From the NCBI GenBank assembly GCA_039589315.1, contig JBDHHQ010000027.1, positions 43,067-107,066 on the forward strand: DNA of 64,000 nucleotides. The letters are read 5' to 3'. Under the pieces are notes generated by a model, which searched no databases, was not told the origin of the DNA, and saw only the letters and a list, made by a program, of their open reading frames with translations. The translations under genes were made by a program, and so were the position numbers. Positions 45,609-55,709 of the stretch are shown in pieces. This DNA is from Gemmatimonadota bacterium. Lineage in GTDB: Bacteria > Gemmatimonadota > Gemmatimonadetes > Longimicrobiales > Gaopeijiaceae. Each line of letters opens with the position of its first letter. The stretch's first letter is position 1.

Positions 45609-48209
45609 ATGAACGCGACGCCATGGCTGTCCAGCAGCAACCTCCTCCTCCTCCTCCTCCTCCTCCTCGCCCTTCCGCTCTCGGCGCAGGAGCTGGCCTA
45701 CCCGGGTCCGTTTCTCGGCGGCTACCCGGCGGTAGAGCAGATCAGAGGGTCGGGGGAGATGTACATGGAGGGCTATTACCCACCTCCCGTCACGGCCTCA
45801 CCGACCTATCCGGCCTGGTCGCCGGACGGAGCCTCGATCGCTTTCGCGTACCAGGGCCGTATCTGGTCGGTCGATGCAGAGGGCGGCGTCGCCAGACAGC
45901 TCACGACTGGAGACGGCTACCATTCCCAACCCAGTTGGTCGCCGGACGGCCGCCATCTCGCGTACGCAGCAGACGTGGATCTGAACTTCGACATCTATGT
46001 CGTCGAGCTCGAGAGCGGCGACACGCGAAGGCTGACGGACAACCCGCATCTGGACCTGCGCCCGCGGTTCTCTCCCGACGGCCAGCGTATCCTGTTCACG
46101 ACGTCCCGCGACGGGACCTTCGATCTCTGGTCGTACGACTTTGGCCCGGGAGTGGCCGAACCGGTCATCGCAGACCCCAGTGCCCACGACATGGATGGCG
46201 ATTGGATCGGTGAATCAGGCGACATCGTGTTCGTCTCGAAGCGTGGCGAGGCGGCCCTGGGATCTGGCTCGCTTTGGCGCTGGAAGGCCGCCACCGACCG
46301 GGCCGAGCTCCTTATTCGAATCGAGACCAACTACCAGGCAGCTCCTGCGGTCGCACCCCACGGCGGTGCGGTCGCGTACGTCACCGACGGTTCCGGCAAC
46401 AACGACCTCTACCTGGTCCCCACGTCACGGGCCACCGCAGCTCAGGATCGCTCGTCTCCGGGGATTCAGCAGGTCCGGATCACCCATACGCGAACCGACG
46501 AGTACTTCCCGGCCTGGTCTCCGGACGGTGAGCGTCTTGTCTACGCGCGCAACGGAGGCACTCCGCGTCAGGAACGAACCGCCGACCACGGGATGGGCTT
46601 CGGGCTCTACGTGGTGGGGCGGGGCGGAGGCGAGCCGGAACAGGTTCGCATCGGTGCCTACGCCTGGGCCGAGCCCACGGGCTACGTGCGCGTCCACGTG
46701 AGCGAGGCCGGAGGGGGGGCGCCGTCCTCCGGAGCGGGCCCGCTGCCCTCTCGCGTCTATCTCCGCGGCTCTGACGGTCGAAGCTACTTCCCCGACGGCA
46801 GCTTCCCGCGCGTAGTCAGCGTGACGGAGGACTACTACTTCCACACCGACGGGAGCTTCTGGGTGGAGCTCCCGGTTGGACCCGCCGAGCTCGAGGTGTG
46901 GCGTGGCTTCGAGTACGAGCCCGAGATGCGGACGGTCGAGGTTCGGGCAGGCGAATGGACGTCGGTCAACGTGGAGCTCGAGCGCTGGACACATATGGCG
47001 GAGGCCGGCTGGTATTCAGGCGACAACCATATCCACCCGAATTACGGCGGGCACTACTTCATCACGCCGTTGGACCTGACGAACAAGGCGCAAGCCGAAG
47101 ACCTGAACGTCGCAAACGGCATGATCGCGAACTACTGGGCCAACAGCCGCGTCGAAGACCTGGAGCACTTCCTCGGTCACCCGCACCCCCAGGGAGGTCC
47201 ACGGACGATCGTTTACTACAACGAGGAGTACCGGCCGAACTTTTTCGCCCACATGTCGTTGCTCAACCTCGTCGAGCTGATCACTCCGTTCTACATCGGC
47301 TACGAGGGTACGGCGCACCGCGAGCTGTATCCCGACAACGCCGCCGTCCTCAGGCGCGTCCACGAACAGGGTGGGATCGGAGGCTACGTCCATCCCTTCG
47401 GCCTCAGCCACCGAGGTCCGGACCCCGCCCGGCCCAGCGGTGCCCGCGAATTGCCGGTGGACGCGATTCTCGGCCTAGCGGACTTCGTCGACGTCGCTTG
47501 CATCTGGAGCGACGAGCTCGGGACCGCGGCCGTTTGGTATCGTCTCCTGAACACGGGATCGAGGATTCCGGCCACCGCCGGAACGGATGCCATGACCGAC
47601 ATCTGGCGTCATCCCGCCGTGGGGACGACGCGGTCGTACGTGTACACGGGGCAGGAGGATCTGGACTATGACGAATGGGCGGACGCCATGGCGGCAGGCC
47701 GCGCGTTCGTCACCAGCGGACCCATTCTGACCCTCGATGTGGAAGGGCGGGGGATGGGCGAGGAGCTCGCCGTCTCCGGAGGCGACGAAGTGACCGTCTC
47801 CGTCAGCGCCCGGTCGCTGTTCCCGATGCAGCGACTCGAGATCATTCAGGACGGCCTAATCACTCACACGGTCGATGCTGGTGGCGACGGAAAGACGATC
47901 GAGGCGGAGATCGAAGCGCGCTTCGATTCAAGTGGCTGGGTCGCTGCCCGAGTGCTGGGCCCCCCGCAGCACGGGGCCATGGACAGCTACCTGTTCGCCC
48001 ACACGAATCCAGTGTTCGTGATCGCCGAGGGTGAGCCGATTCGCTCGACCAAGGATGCCGCCTTCTTCGTGAATTGGATCGAGCAGACGATCGAACAGCT
48101 TCGGAGCATGGACCGGTGGGATGACTCGGCGCACAGGGAAGCCGTGTTTGCGACGTTCGAGGAGGGGTTACGACTGTACCGGGACCAGGCCCAGGCGCCC
48201 GGACGCTGA
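45609..48209 (+). CDS. TolB/PD40 propeller + CehA/McbA-family (PHP-like) metallohydrolase
   Basis: 'PAWSPDG' repeats; 'GWYSGDNHIH', 'EEYR', 'HP', 'AGTD', 'FVTSGP', 'AHTNPV'. Confidence 0.85.
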   Translation: MNATPWLSSSNLLLLLLLLLALPLSAQELAYPGPFLGGYPAVEQIRGSGEMYMEGYYPPPVTASPTYPAWSPDGASIAFAYQGRIWSVDAEGGVARQLTTGDGYHSQPSWSPDGRHLAYAADVDLNFDIYVVELESGDTRRLTDNPHLDLRPRFSPDGQRILFTTSRDGTFDLWSYDFGPGVAEPVIADPSAHDMDGDWIGESGDIVFVSKRGEAALGSGSLWRWKAATDRAELLIRIETNYQAAPAVAPHGGAVAYVTDGSGNNDLYLVPTSRATAAQDRSSPGIQQVRITHTRTDEYFPAWSPDGERLVYARNGGTPRQERTADHGMGFGLYVVGRGGGEPEQVRIGAYAWAEPTGYVRVHVSEAGGGAPSSGAGPLPSRVYLRGSDGRSYFPDGSFPRVVSVTEDYYFHTDGSFWVELPVGPAELEVWRGFEYEPEMRTVEVRAGEWTSVNVELERWTHMAEAGWYSGDNHIHPNYGGHYFITPLDLTNKAQAEDLNVANGMIANYWANSRVEDLEHFLGHPHPQGGPRTIVYYNEEYRPNFFAHMSLLNLVELITPFYIGYEGTAHRELYPDNAAVLRRVHEQGGIGGYVHPFGLSHRGPDPARPSGARELPVDAILGLADFVDVACIWSDELGTAAVWYRLLNTGSRIPATAGTDAMTDIWRHPAVGTTRSYVYTGQEDLDYDEWADAMAAGRAFVTSGPILTLDVEGRGMGEELAVSGGDEVTVSVSARSLFPMQRLEIIQDGLITHTVDAGGDGKTIEAEIEARFDSSGWVAARVLGPPQHGAMDSYLFAHTNPVFVIAEGEPIRSTKDAAFFVNWIEQTIEQLRSMDRWDDSAHREAVFATFEEGLRLYRDQAQAPGR
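45642..45668 (+). repeat. (CTC)9 simple sequence repeat encoding poly-Leu in a signal peptide
   Basis: Nine perfect CTC units. Confidence 0.9.
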
Positions 48210-48268
48210 GCGTTCGACCGCTGCTCGCCTCCCGGCATTTGAAAGAGGCCATCATTTGCCGCTCGGTG

Positions 48269-48334
48269 TCAGCCGATCGGACAGTAGAACGCGGTCCCGG
48301 TACCACCCGCCCGCGAGGCCCTCGACAGATGCCA
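48269..48334 (-). pseudogene. Diverged copy of the 3' end of the GHMP kinase gene (62368-62432)
   Basis: TCAGCCGATCGGACA.TAGA.CGCGGT.CCG...CCACCCGC..CGAGGC..TCGAC.GATGCCA shared. Confidence 0.7.
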
Positions 48335-48513
48335 GATGACCCGGAGGAAACGGACAACTAACCGAGCATCTGAGGCCTGGCTGAACACGCGGTCTCATAA
48401 GCTATGGCCGCCGTCGCAACGTGCCGTTGGGTCGCGCGCTTCGCGCGGGATCGGCAGATTGGTCGCGAGGCAGAGTCGCGGGAGGTTCGCCCGACCCGAG
48501 CATGGGCACCAGA

Positions 48514-49422
48514 ATGAACAATCGCCGAACCCTGCTGCGTGTCGCCGTCGCACTGCTTGCTGTTCTCGGGTGCTGGGCGTTCTGGCTCGAACCCGCGAGT
48601 CTCCGCCTTCAGACCCACTCGGTATCACTCGAGCGGTTGCCCGAATCTTGTGACGGACTCCGAGTGGCGCTCCTGGCCGACCTCCACGTGGGATCTCCGT
48701 TCAATGGACCCACGAGGCTCGAGAAGGTCGTTCAACTGACCCGGGAGGCCGATCCAGACCTCGTTCTTCTCCTCGGGGACTTCGTCATCAGGGGGGTCCT
48801 GGGGGGCCGTTTCGTTCCCCCCGAAACGACAGCGCAGATCCTGTCTCGTCTCGCCGCGCCCCAGGGCGTGTTCGCCGTGTTGGGAAATCACGACTGGTGG
48901 TTCGATGCTCCGCGAGTCCAGGCCTCCCTTCAGTCGCACGGCATTCCTGTCCTCGAGGACCTCGCGGCGCAACTCACCGGGAGTCCGTGCGACATGTGGA
49001 TCGCTGGCATCGGCGACTACTGGGAGGGAGCGCACGACGTTGACCGGGCCCTCGCGGGGGTCGCCGACGGAGCGCCCGTGATCGCCGTTACGCACAACCC
49101 CGACCTCTTCCCGGGCATCCCGGAACGCGTCGTACTCACCGTCGCCGCTCATACTCACGGGGGGCAGGTGCGCCTTCCTCTGCTCGGGCGGCCCATCGTT
49201 CCATCAGAGTTCGGGCAACGGTACGCGGCAGGGCATGTCCGAGAGGGGAAGCGGGACCTCTTCGTGAGCACCGGCATCGGTACGAGCATCCTACCGGTCA
49301 GATTCCTGGTTCCGCCCGTCGTGACCCTACTGGTTCTCGAGTCCAAGCGGGTCCCGCGGACCGCAGGCACGTCGCCGCCCGGTACGACCAGGGGCACCGG
49401 GGTTCAGACGCCTCCCCGGTAG
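48514..49422 (+). CDS. Calcineurin-like metallophosphoesterase (YkuE/YaeI-like)
   Basis: DLH, GDF, GNHD, HNPD, 'HTHGGQ', 'GIG'. Confidence 0.9.
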   Translation: MNNRRTLLRVAVALLAVLGCWAFWLEPASLRLQTHSVSLERLPESCDGLRVALLADLHVGSPFNGPTRLEKVVQLTREADPDLVLLLGDFVIRGVLGGRFVPPETTAQILSRLAAPQGVFAVLGNHDWWFDAPRVQASLQSHGIPVLEDLAAQLTGSPCDMWIAGIGDYWEGAHDVDRALAGVADGAPVIAVTHNPDLFPGIPERVVLTVAAHTHGGQVRLPLLGRPIVPSEFGQRYAAGHVREGKRDLFVSTGIGTSILPVRFLVPPVVTLLVLESKRVPRTAGTSPPGTTRGTGVQTPPR

Positions 49423-49539
49423 CCACCTCTCCCCACCTGTCGCTAGCATATCGGAGGAGGGAGGGATGATGTCGACCAACGTGGGGCCGATCTACCGCGA
49501 GGCCGAGGCCCGCTACCGGGCGGCTGTCACCAGGGAGGA
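49414..49539 (+). repeat. 126-bp direct repeat, copy 1 (leader + first 25 codons of the GTPase, then TAG)
   Basis: Matches 61054-61179 with 2 mismatches; offset 11640 bp. Confidence 0.95.
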
Positions 49540-49541
49540 AT

Positions 49542-49637
49542 AGCGTAACCCGGCACCTGCTGCGCGTGAATCCACGGTTCGACTCGCTACGGGGCCATCC
49601 GCGGCTCGAGCAGCTCGTGGGCGAGGAGTCCCAGTAA
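49542..49637 (+). pseudogene. C-terminal remnant of a TPR/kinase-type protein
   Basis: 'LLRVNPRFDSLRGHPRLEQLV'. Confidence 0.55.
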
Positions 49638-49668
49638 GGCTCGCGCCGGACCCTCCGGACCCACCGCC

Positions 49669-51762
49669 CTACGGGACATACCAGATTGGCGACGACCAAG
49701 CCATTTCTTGGATTACCTTCGGCGCCTCATTCTCACAATCCGCAGGTCGCTCCCCCCTCGGCCTGTTGACGCATTGCGCCCAGCTCCAACGCAGGCTGGG
49801 ATTCTCGACAACTCGCAGGTAGTAATATGCTGACTGCGCAGGCTCGAAGTCAGTATCCACCCATATAGTGCACAGGTGACTATATCCACCCATAGAGACG
49901 CGACCCGTCTCCAGATCAACCTCCACGTTGGGTTCGGGGTCGCCCGCCACATCAACGACCCTGTAGTGCGGCGTGGTACTCTCGTCAATCCATCCCTTCA
50001 CGATCTGCAGTTTCTGTAACCTGCCGGCATCCGGGGCGGGGTCCCTATTAGCAGCCACTATGAATGTGGGACCGATGTCCACACCCCGCTGCCTGTGTAA
50101 ATCGCCACCCATGGGGACGCCCAAATCATAGCCCTGCTCAATCATGTCCCCTCTGGAACACGCGTCCGCTGGATACCCCCAGCCGCCGAAAAATCTCGGC
50201 GCTATTCTGGGACCCGAAGTCCCAAAAGTCTCCCGCCGATACATTGCGTCGAACAAGGCGTCGCGGGAGTTTTCGACGGCCCATGCACCAACGAGGCCTC
50301 CCGGTGATCCACGCAGATTGGATGGCAAAAGAGCGTCTGCGTTCAGCCGCTCCTCCAGCGTAGCTTCATACACACCGTGTCCTTCCCAATCGTCCTCCGA
50401 CACTGCTCCTGGTGTGGCCACGTGGGTGTCGGTGCTCGCAATGACACCGAGCTTGAAGGGGTTGATGCCCAATCGCCTTTCGTCATTCAAGCCCTGAAGC
50501 AAGGCGGTACGCAGGAAGTCAGTTTCGGATATGCAACCACCGGCGAATAGCCCGAACTCACCAGTGGCATCTCCGCAGTCCTCGCTCGTGATTGTCTGCC
50601 CTCGCCTATATGCTCGTCCCGCCTCACCGACCGCCTCTGTCATATCTGCCACCTGGCCCCGCAGTTCATACGTGGCCCCGAAACGACGCACCTGTTCGAT
50701 ATCGCAGAGTTCATCCGGCATTCCATCGACTCCCGCAAAGCCGTTGAGGCATTCAGACGATCCCTTGTGCTGAAACACCTCCATTAGGCGATCGGATTCG
50801 TGCGCCAGTCGTGCCAGTTCCAACTCACCAATGATGTGCTTCGGTTGTGCCATGCGACCGACTGGCCGCAAAAGTCGGCCGTTAGACAGGTTGGAATTGT
50901 GTGGAATTGTGATGAAGTCGCAACCGTCAATGTTCTCACTGCACTGTGCCTGCAAGGCCAACCACAAGTCAGGAGCTGTCGGCGCCTCCACATAGGAAAT
51001 GGGCACCGCCGGCACTCTATCGTTCCTGAAGATGATGTTCCTATGGAGATTAGCGCCAAGAGGAAGGCCAGTGTATTCGTAGGCAATGAAGGTCGTGAAG
51101 TCACAGGAGGAAGTCAGGTCATAAGCGTCTTCGGCCGCTTGAATCACGCGGGTCCATACGCCTGTGGTCGCCGACTGGCAGTCACTTGAGCCACAAACTG
51201 CCTCGACCCGACGAGGGGTGGGACTGAAGTTCATACCGAACAGGGACGCCAGCGCGTCCGAGCTGTTGGCGAAATAGGTGTGGCAAAAATCAGCATCGCC
51301 AGTATCCTGACCGCATAAACGCATCTCACCGAACCACTCTACGTGATCGGTTACGGCGACAAAGTCCAACGGGCGGTCGATCTTGTGAAAAGTCCTGGGG
51401 CGCCCGCTGGCATCGAATGGTGGCATCGCTATCGGCTGTCCCTTTGCGAAACGATACGCATCGCTTGGTTCAGCCCTCGTGCCTGCCGAGAAGGAGTCGA
51501 GCGAGAGACTCGTGTGCACATGTAGGTCCCCGTAGTAGACATTCCTCAACGGGTTCTGGTTAACGCATGGTCGTCGGTCTTCAGAGTATGAAACGAGACT
51601 CTCGACGCTTTGCTCTACGGCTTGGTATCTTCCCGTGACGGCCGGTGGTTGTGATTCTTCTCCTGCAGTCTGCCCATCAACGGTGAGTGCCATCGCTTCG
51701 TCCTCATTGCACGCCGACAGAACCAAGGTGGACAGCAGAAGAGCCACGCGACATACGAGCAT
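49669..51762 (-). CDS. DUF3604 family lipoprotein (PHP-like)
   Basis: 'LSAC' lipobox; 'YYGDLHVHTS', 'VTDH', 'NLHRN', 'IPHNSN', 'STDTH', 'AWSSPIWY'; AT-richer. Confidence 0.88.
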   Translation of the reverse strand: MLVCRVALLLSTLVLSACNEDEAMALTVDGQTAGEESQPPAVTGRYQAVEQSVESLVSYSEDRRPCVNQNPLRNVYYGDLHVHTSLSLDSFSAGTRAEPSDAYRFAKGQPIAMPPFDASGRPRTFHKIDRPLDFVAVTDHVEWFGEMRLCGQDTGDADFCHTYFANSSDALASLFGMNFSPTPRRVEAVCGSSDCQSATTGVWTRVIQAAEDAYDLTSSCDFTTFIAYEYTGLPLGANLHRNIIFRNDRVPAVPISYVEAPTAPDLWLALQAQCSENIDGCDFITIPHNSNLSNGRLLRPVGRMAQPKHIIGELELARLAHESDRLMEVFQHKGSSECLNGFAGVDGMPDELCDIEQVRRFGATYELRGQVADMTEAVGEAGRAYRRGQTITSEDCGDATGEFGLFAGGCISETDFLRTALLQGLNDERRLGINPFKLGVIASTDTHVATPGAVSEDDWEGHGVYEATLEERLNADALLPSNLRGSPGGLVGAWAVENSRDALFDAMYRRETFGTSGPRIAPRFFGGWGYPADACSRGDMIEQGYDLGVPMGGDLHRQRGVDIGPTFIVAANRDPAPDAGRLQKLQIVKGWIDESTTPHYRVVDVAGDPEPNVEVDLETGRVSMGGYSHLCTIWVDTDFEPAQSAYYYLRVVENPSLRWSWAQCVNRPRGERPADCENEAPKVIQEMAWSSPIWYVP

Positions 51763-51950
51763 GCTAACGCCTCCCCTTCTCACGGGCTGCTGAAATCTCG
51801 GTGGGTATTGCGGAGCCGTGGCACCGTCGAGCTTGGTCCGCGCGAGCGACGCTCCGCTCACCGAGCCCCCCGCGTGTGATCGAGTGGCGGAGAGGGGCGC
51901 GGCCGATGTTGAAGGGGTGGGGGCGAGGGCGTCCCCCAGGCTGAGTCCGC

Positions 51951-53261
51951 TCATGTAGCGGAGCCTCCACGATTGTCCAGGCGTGGCGCCCGTCGTCGAG
52001 CCCGCTGCAGGGCCAGATACAGGAGAAAGGATGTCGCAAGGGAGTCGAAGGCTGGTATGGCTGTGAGAGTGAACCACCGATTGGCGGTGCCGTATCCGAC
52101 CGCGAATCCAGCCAGCCAGGCCAGGATCGCCGACATCGACACCGGAGGTCGCTCGGGTAGGTCCTCGAGGTTGTAGGACTGTCTTTGCACCAGAAAGAAG
52201 TCCGCCACGAAGATGCCTCCGATCGGAGGCAAGGCAATTCCCAGCGTCAGCAAGAACGGCACGAAGTGGTCCATGATGCCCGTCAAGGCCAAGATCGTTC
52301 CCATCGTGCCGGCGCCGAGAACCAGCTTCCATTCCGCGGCGCGCCGAAAGATGGTGACGAGGACCAGCGCGTTTGAATACAGATTACTCGAATTCGTGGT
52401 CCAGGTGGCAAAAACCAGAAATCCCGTGGCCAGAATCCCCATGCTCAGAGTGAGGACGATCCTCATGAAGTCTCCTTCGCCTGTGGCCAAGGTGGGAATG
52501 GCGGACGCCAACAGAACTGCGGGGAATCCGACCCCAAAGCTCAATACGGAGGCCCCTACGGCATGGCGAGGCGAGTGAACGTAGCGGCAGAAATCTGGCA
52601 TGACCGTCGCTCCGACCATGAAGGCTCCTACCACTGCGGAGATCCCCAGGCCGAGGGACATGTCGTTTCCTGAAGTGGCCAACAAGTCGGAAACGGACGC
52701 GTCCGACACGGAGGAGAGGATCGTGAAGATCAGGAACACGAACAGGGCGGGGGTTGCCACCAGGGAGAGCTTATCCAGTGCCTTGAACCCGAATATCGTC
52801 GTGCTGATCATCAAGAAACTGCCAAGCAGCATGTAGGCTGAGGTGCCCCAATCGGTCCACCCGAGTTCCAGCACGGTGCTCTGGACGGCCTCTCCAAAAA
52901 GAAACACGTTGATGCCGAACCATCCGAAAAGCGAAATGGCCATGACGGAATTGACCACCTTCGCTCCCGCCGTTCCGAAGCAAAACTGGATGATGATCGG
53001 CGTCGAGAGGCGCGTCTTGGCCCCTACCGATCCCGTCAAGCCGCCCACGACCGCCAGCAAGAGACCACCGACGACGAATGCCAGAGCGGCGCGGCTCAAT
53101 CCAAGACTCTGACCGATCTCGGAACCGGTCAGAAACGCCGGCAGCGTAATGGCCACCCCGATCTGAATGAGAGCGACCCGAAAGCCGTTGACGGTCTTGT
53201 CTTCGGGAACCCTGGTTCGAGCATAATCCTCGACCAGCTCTTCAAAGCTTTGTTTGCTCAA
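51951..53261 (-). CDS. NCS1 cytosine/purine permease family transporter
   Basis: About 12 TM helices; 'GWFG', 'PDFCRY', 'WTTN..NLYS'. Confidence 0.9.
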   Translation of the reverse strand: MSKQSFEELVEDYARTRVPEDKTVNGFRVALIQIGVAITLPAFLTGSEIGQSLGLSRAALAFVVGGLLLAVVGGLTGSVGAKTRLSTPIIIQFCFGTAGAKVVNSVMAISLFGWFGINVFLFGEAVQSTVLELGWTDWGTSAYMLLGSFLMISTTIFGFKALDKLSLVATPALFVFLIFTILSSVSDASVSDLLATSGNDMSLGLGISAVVGAFMVGATVMPDFCRYVHSPRHAVGASVLSFGVGFPAVLLASAIPTLATGEGDFMRIVLTLSMGILATGFLVFATWTTNSSNLYSNALVLVTIFRRAAEWKLVLGAGTMGTILALTGIMDHFVPFLLTLGIALPPIGGIFVADFFLVQRQSYNLEDLPERPPVSMSAILAWLAGFAVGYGTANRWFTLTAIPAFDSLATSFLLYLALQRARRRAPRLDNRGGSAT

Positions 53262-53886
53262 GCGGGGCGTCTTCCTTGCAGTTGTGGTGGCCAGGTCAGC
53301 GGGGCGATCGTCCTCCGGACGTCGAATCTACCAGGCCACATCCCCCTGAGACCACAAGTGTTGAGACATAGCATGATTCTGCGGCGAGGATCGTACTCAC
53401 CCCTGTGTCTCCGGTCAGGTGCGAGCGAAGAAGCCAGGGCATCATTCGATTGCGGGCTGACTCGAAGAAGCTGGACCGGGAGGTGGTCGGCTCCAGCTCG
53501 CTGGCCGACCCGACGCTCGAGCGCTCGGCCCTGAGCGGCAGGTCTCGCGCTTCGCCTCGAGGAGCTCCTCGGTTCGCTCATCATCCTTGCTCGGCACGAC
53601 CGCCTCGTGCCAGTTCCGAAGCGTGGCATGAGAGCCGGGGTCGCTCTTCGGTCCCCCGCGACTGCGCGCCCCTTCGACCATGCCGCCGTAGCACGCTTGC
53701 ATGGACCGACCGCGTCCATCCACCTTGCCTGAGGCCGGTACCGCAATCAACCCGCTGGGAGCGTCCTGGCGCCTGTCTCCGGCTCTGCCCGCGGCTCGAT
53801 CTGTGGCGGGCCCTCCGGCCAAGGCTCGTCAGCCCGGAGTCGAACCGCCGCCGCCCAAGTAGTCTGATCATTACCAAGAGCGCGTC

Positions 53887-55680
53887 ATGACGACTTCGGA
53901 CCGAACGCACATCGACCCGATCACAGCTCAGGTCATCCAGAGTGGGCTGGTGGCGGCCGCGGAGGAGATGCGCATCGCCCTCGTGAAGACGGCCTATAAC
54001 CCCATCATTTACGAGGTGCAGGACTTCTGCGTGGCCCTTCTGAGCCACAAGGGGGAGATGCTGGCGCAGGGATCGTCATTGCCGCTCTTCCTTCCGTGCC
54101 TCTCCGTGACGATCCAAAACGGTGTGAAGAAGTTCGGCCCCGACGGATTCTCGCCAGGCGACTTGCTCATCGCCAACGATCCGTACAGCACCGGCACGCA
54201 CATCTCCGATACCTCCATCTACACGCCCATCTTCTTCGACGGCGAGCTGCAGGCTTTCTCTGCGAATACTGCCCATTGGGCCGACGTCGGCGGGAAATCA
54301 CCGGGTGGGTGGTGCCCTGATTCCAGCGATCTGTTCCAGGAGGGGATGATCTTTCCCCATCTGAAGCTCTACGACGCGGGGCAGATGAACGAGACCATGA
54401 TGGACTACATCATGGCGAACACGCGCTTTCCCGATCTGGTGAGGGGCGACCTGGGTGCGCAGATCGCGGCATGCCGGACCGGTGTCAACCGATACGTGGC
54501 GCTCTGCCAGAAGTACGGAGCGACGACCGTGCGAGGAGCCATGGAGCTGGTCTTCGACCAGTCCGAGGCGCTCATGAGAAGGCTGATTCGTGACATACCC
54601 GACGGGGAGTGGAGCGCCGAGACCTGCATGGACCACGACGGCATCGTCACGGACGAGCCCCGGAAGCTCAAGGTGACGGTCCGCATAGATGGAGACGACG
54701 TCACGATCGACTTCACCGGCACGGACGAGACGGCCACGGGACCCATCAACATTCCCCTCGCGGGTGCTCGAGCCGCCGCCGAGATCGCGATCAAGTCGGC
54801 CACCGTGCCGCACGAGCCCGCGAACGAGGGGCACAGCCGTCCTCTTGCGGTGGTTTCTCCCGAGCACACCATCACGAACCCCTCGTGGCCCGCCCCCTGC
54901 GACTCGTACGGTTACGCCGCCTTGATTCTTACGGACCTGGTCTCCGAGGCGCTTTCCCACGCCCTACCGGAGCGCTGTCCATCCGGAGAATACATGCTCC
55001 TTGGGACCCGCCTTTTCCGAATCGACCCGCGCCGGGGAAAGCCGTTTATCGTGCTCAGTCCTCAACCTGGGGGCGGTGGCGCTTTACCGTTCGATGATGG
55101 AGCGGATGGACTGATCTTTCACGGCGATGGCGACGCGCCCAACACACCGGCAGAGATAGCCGAGACCCGTTGGCCTCTCCGGGTCGAACGCTACGAGCTG
55201 CATCGCCAGGAATATGGCATCGGCGAGTTTCGTGGCGGTCTGGGAACCATCCGCGACTACCATATCCTGACCGACAATGTCCTGCTCCAGATGAACTCCG
55301 AGCGGACCGTCTGCCGGCCCCGGGGTCTTTTTGGAGGTAGCGAGGGTGGCATCAACCGCGTCCGGGTCAATCCTGGAACTGAGGATGAGGTGATCTACGA
55401 GCAGCGTGTCTCCCGGGTCGGACCCTTTGATCGCGGCACCATCGTGAGCGCTCGGACTGCGGGGGGTGCCGGTTGGGGAGATCCCCTGCAGCGTGACCCG
55501 GAACGGGTCCGCCTGGAAGTCCTCAATGAGATTCTCAGTCCAGAAGAGGCCGAAGGCGCCTACGGCGTCGTTATCGAAAGAGACGGAGCCGAGCTCACCG
55601 TCAATCAGGCCGTAACCGAGAGAATCCGTCGGGAGCGACGCGAGCGACAGTCCCCTCCCGGGGAAGCCGTAGATGGCTGA
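53887..55680 (+). CDS. Hydantoinase B / 5-oxoprolinase family subunit
   Basis: 'IIYEVQDF', 'NDPY..GTHISD', 'HWADVGG', 'G.FRGGLG', 'GGAGWGDP'. Confidence 0.92.
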   Translation: MTTSDRTHIDPITAQVIQSGLVAAAEEMRIALVKTAYNPIIYEVQDFCVALLSHKGEMLAQGSSLPLFLPCLSVTIQNGVKKFGPDGFSPGDLLIANDPYSTGTHISDTSIYTPIFFDGELQAFSANTAHWADVGGKSPGGWCPDSSDLFQEGMIFPHLKLYDAGQMNETMMDYIMANTRFPDLVRGDLGAQIAACRTGVNRYVALCQKYGATTVRGAMELVFDQSEALMRRLIRDIPDGEWSAETCMDHDGIVTDEPRKLKVTVRIDGDDVTIDFTGTDETATGPINIPLAGARAAAEIAIKSATVPHEPANEGHSRPLAVVSPEHTITNPSWPAPCDSYGYAALILTDLVSEALSHALPERCPSGEYMLLGTRLFRIDPRRGKPFIVLSPQPGGGGALPFDDGADGLIFHGDGDAPNTPAEIAETRWPLRVERYELHRQEYGIGEFRGGLGTIRDYHILTDNVLLQMNSERTVCRPRGLFGGSEGGINRVRVNPGTEDEVIYEQRVSRVGPFDRGTIVSARTAGGAGWGDPLQRDPERVRLEVLNEILSPEEAEGAYGVVIERDGAELTVNQAVTERIRRERRERQSPPGEAVDG

Positions 55681-55709
55681 GACACCCGACTCGACAACCC
55701 CGAGGAGCC

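Noticed and set aside
53262..53886. Gene or regulator between the divergent permease and hydantoinase B
   Set aside because: ORFs on both strands lack motifs or convincing codon bias.
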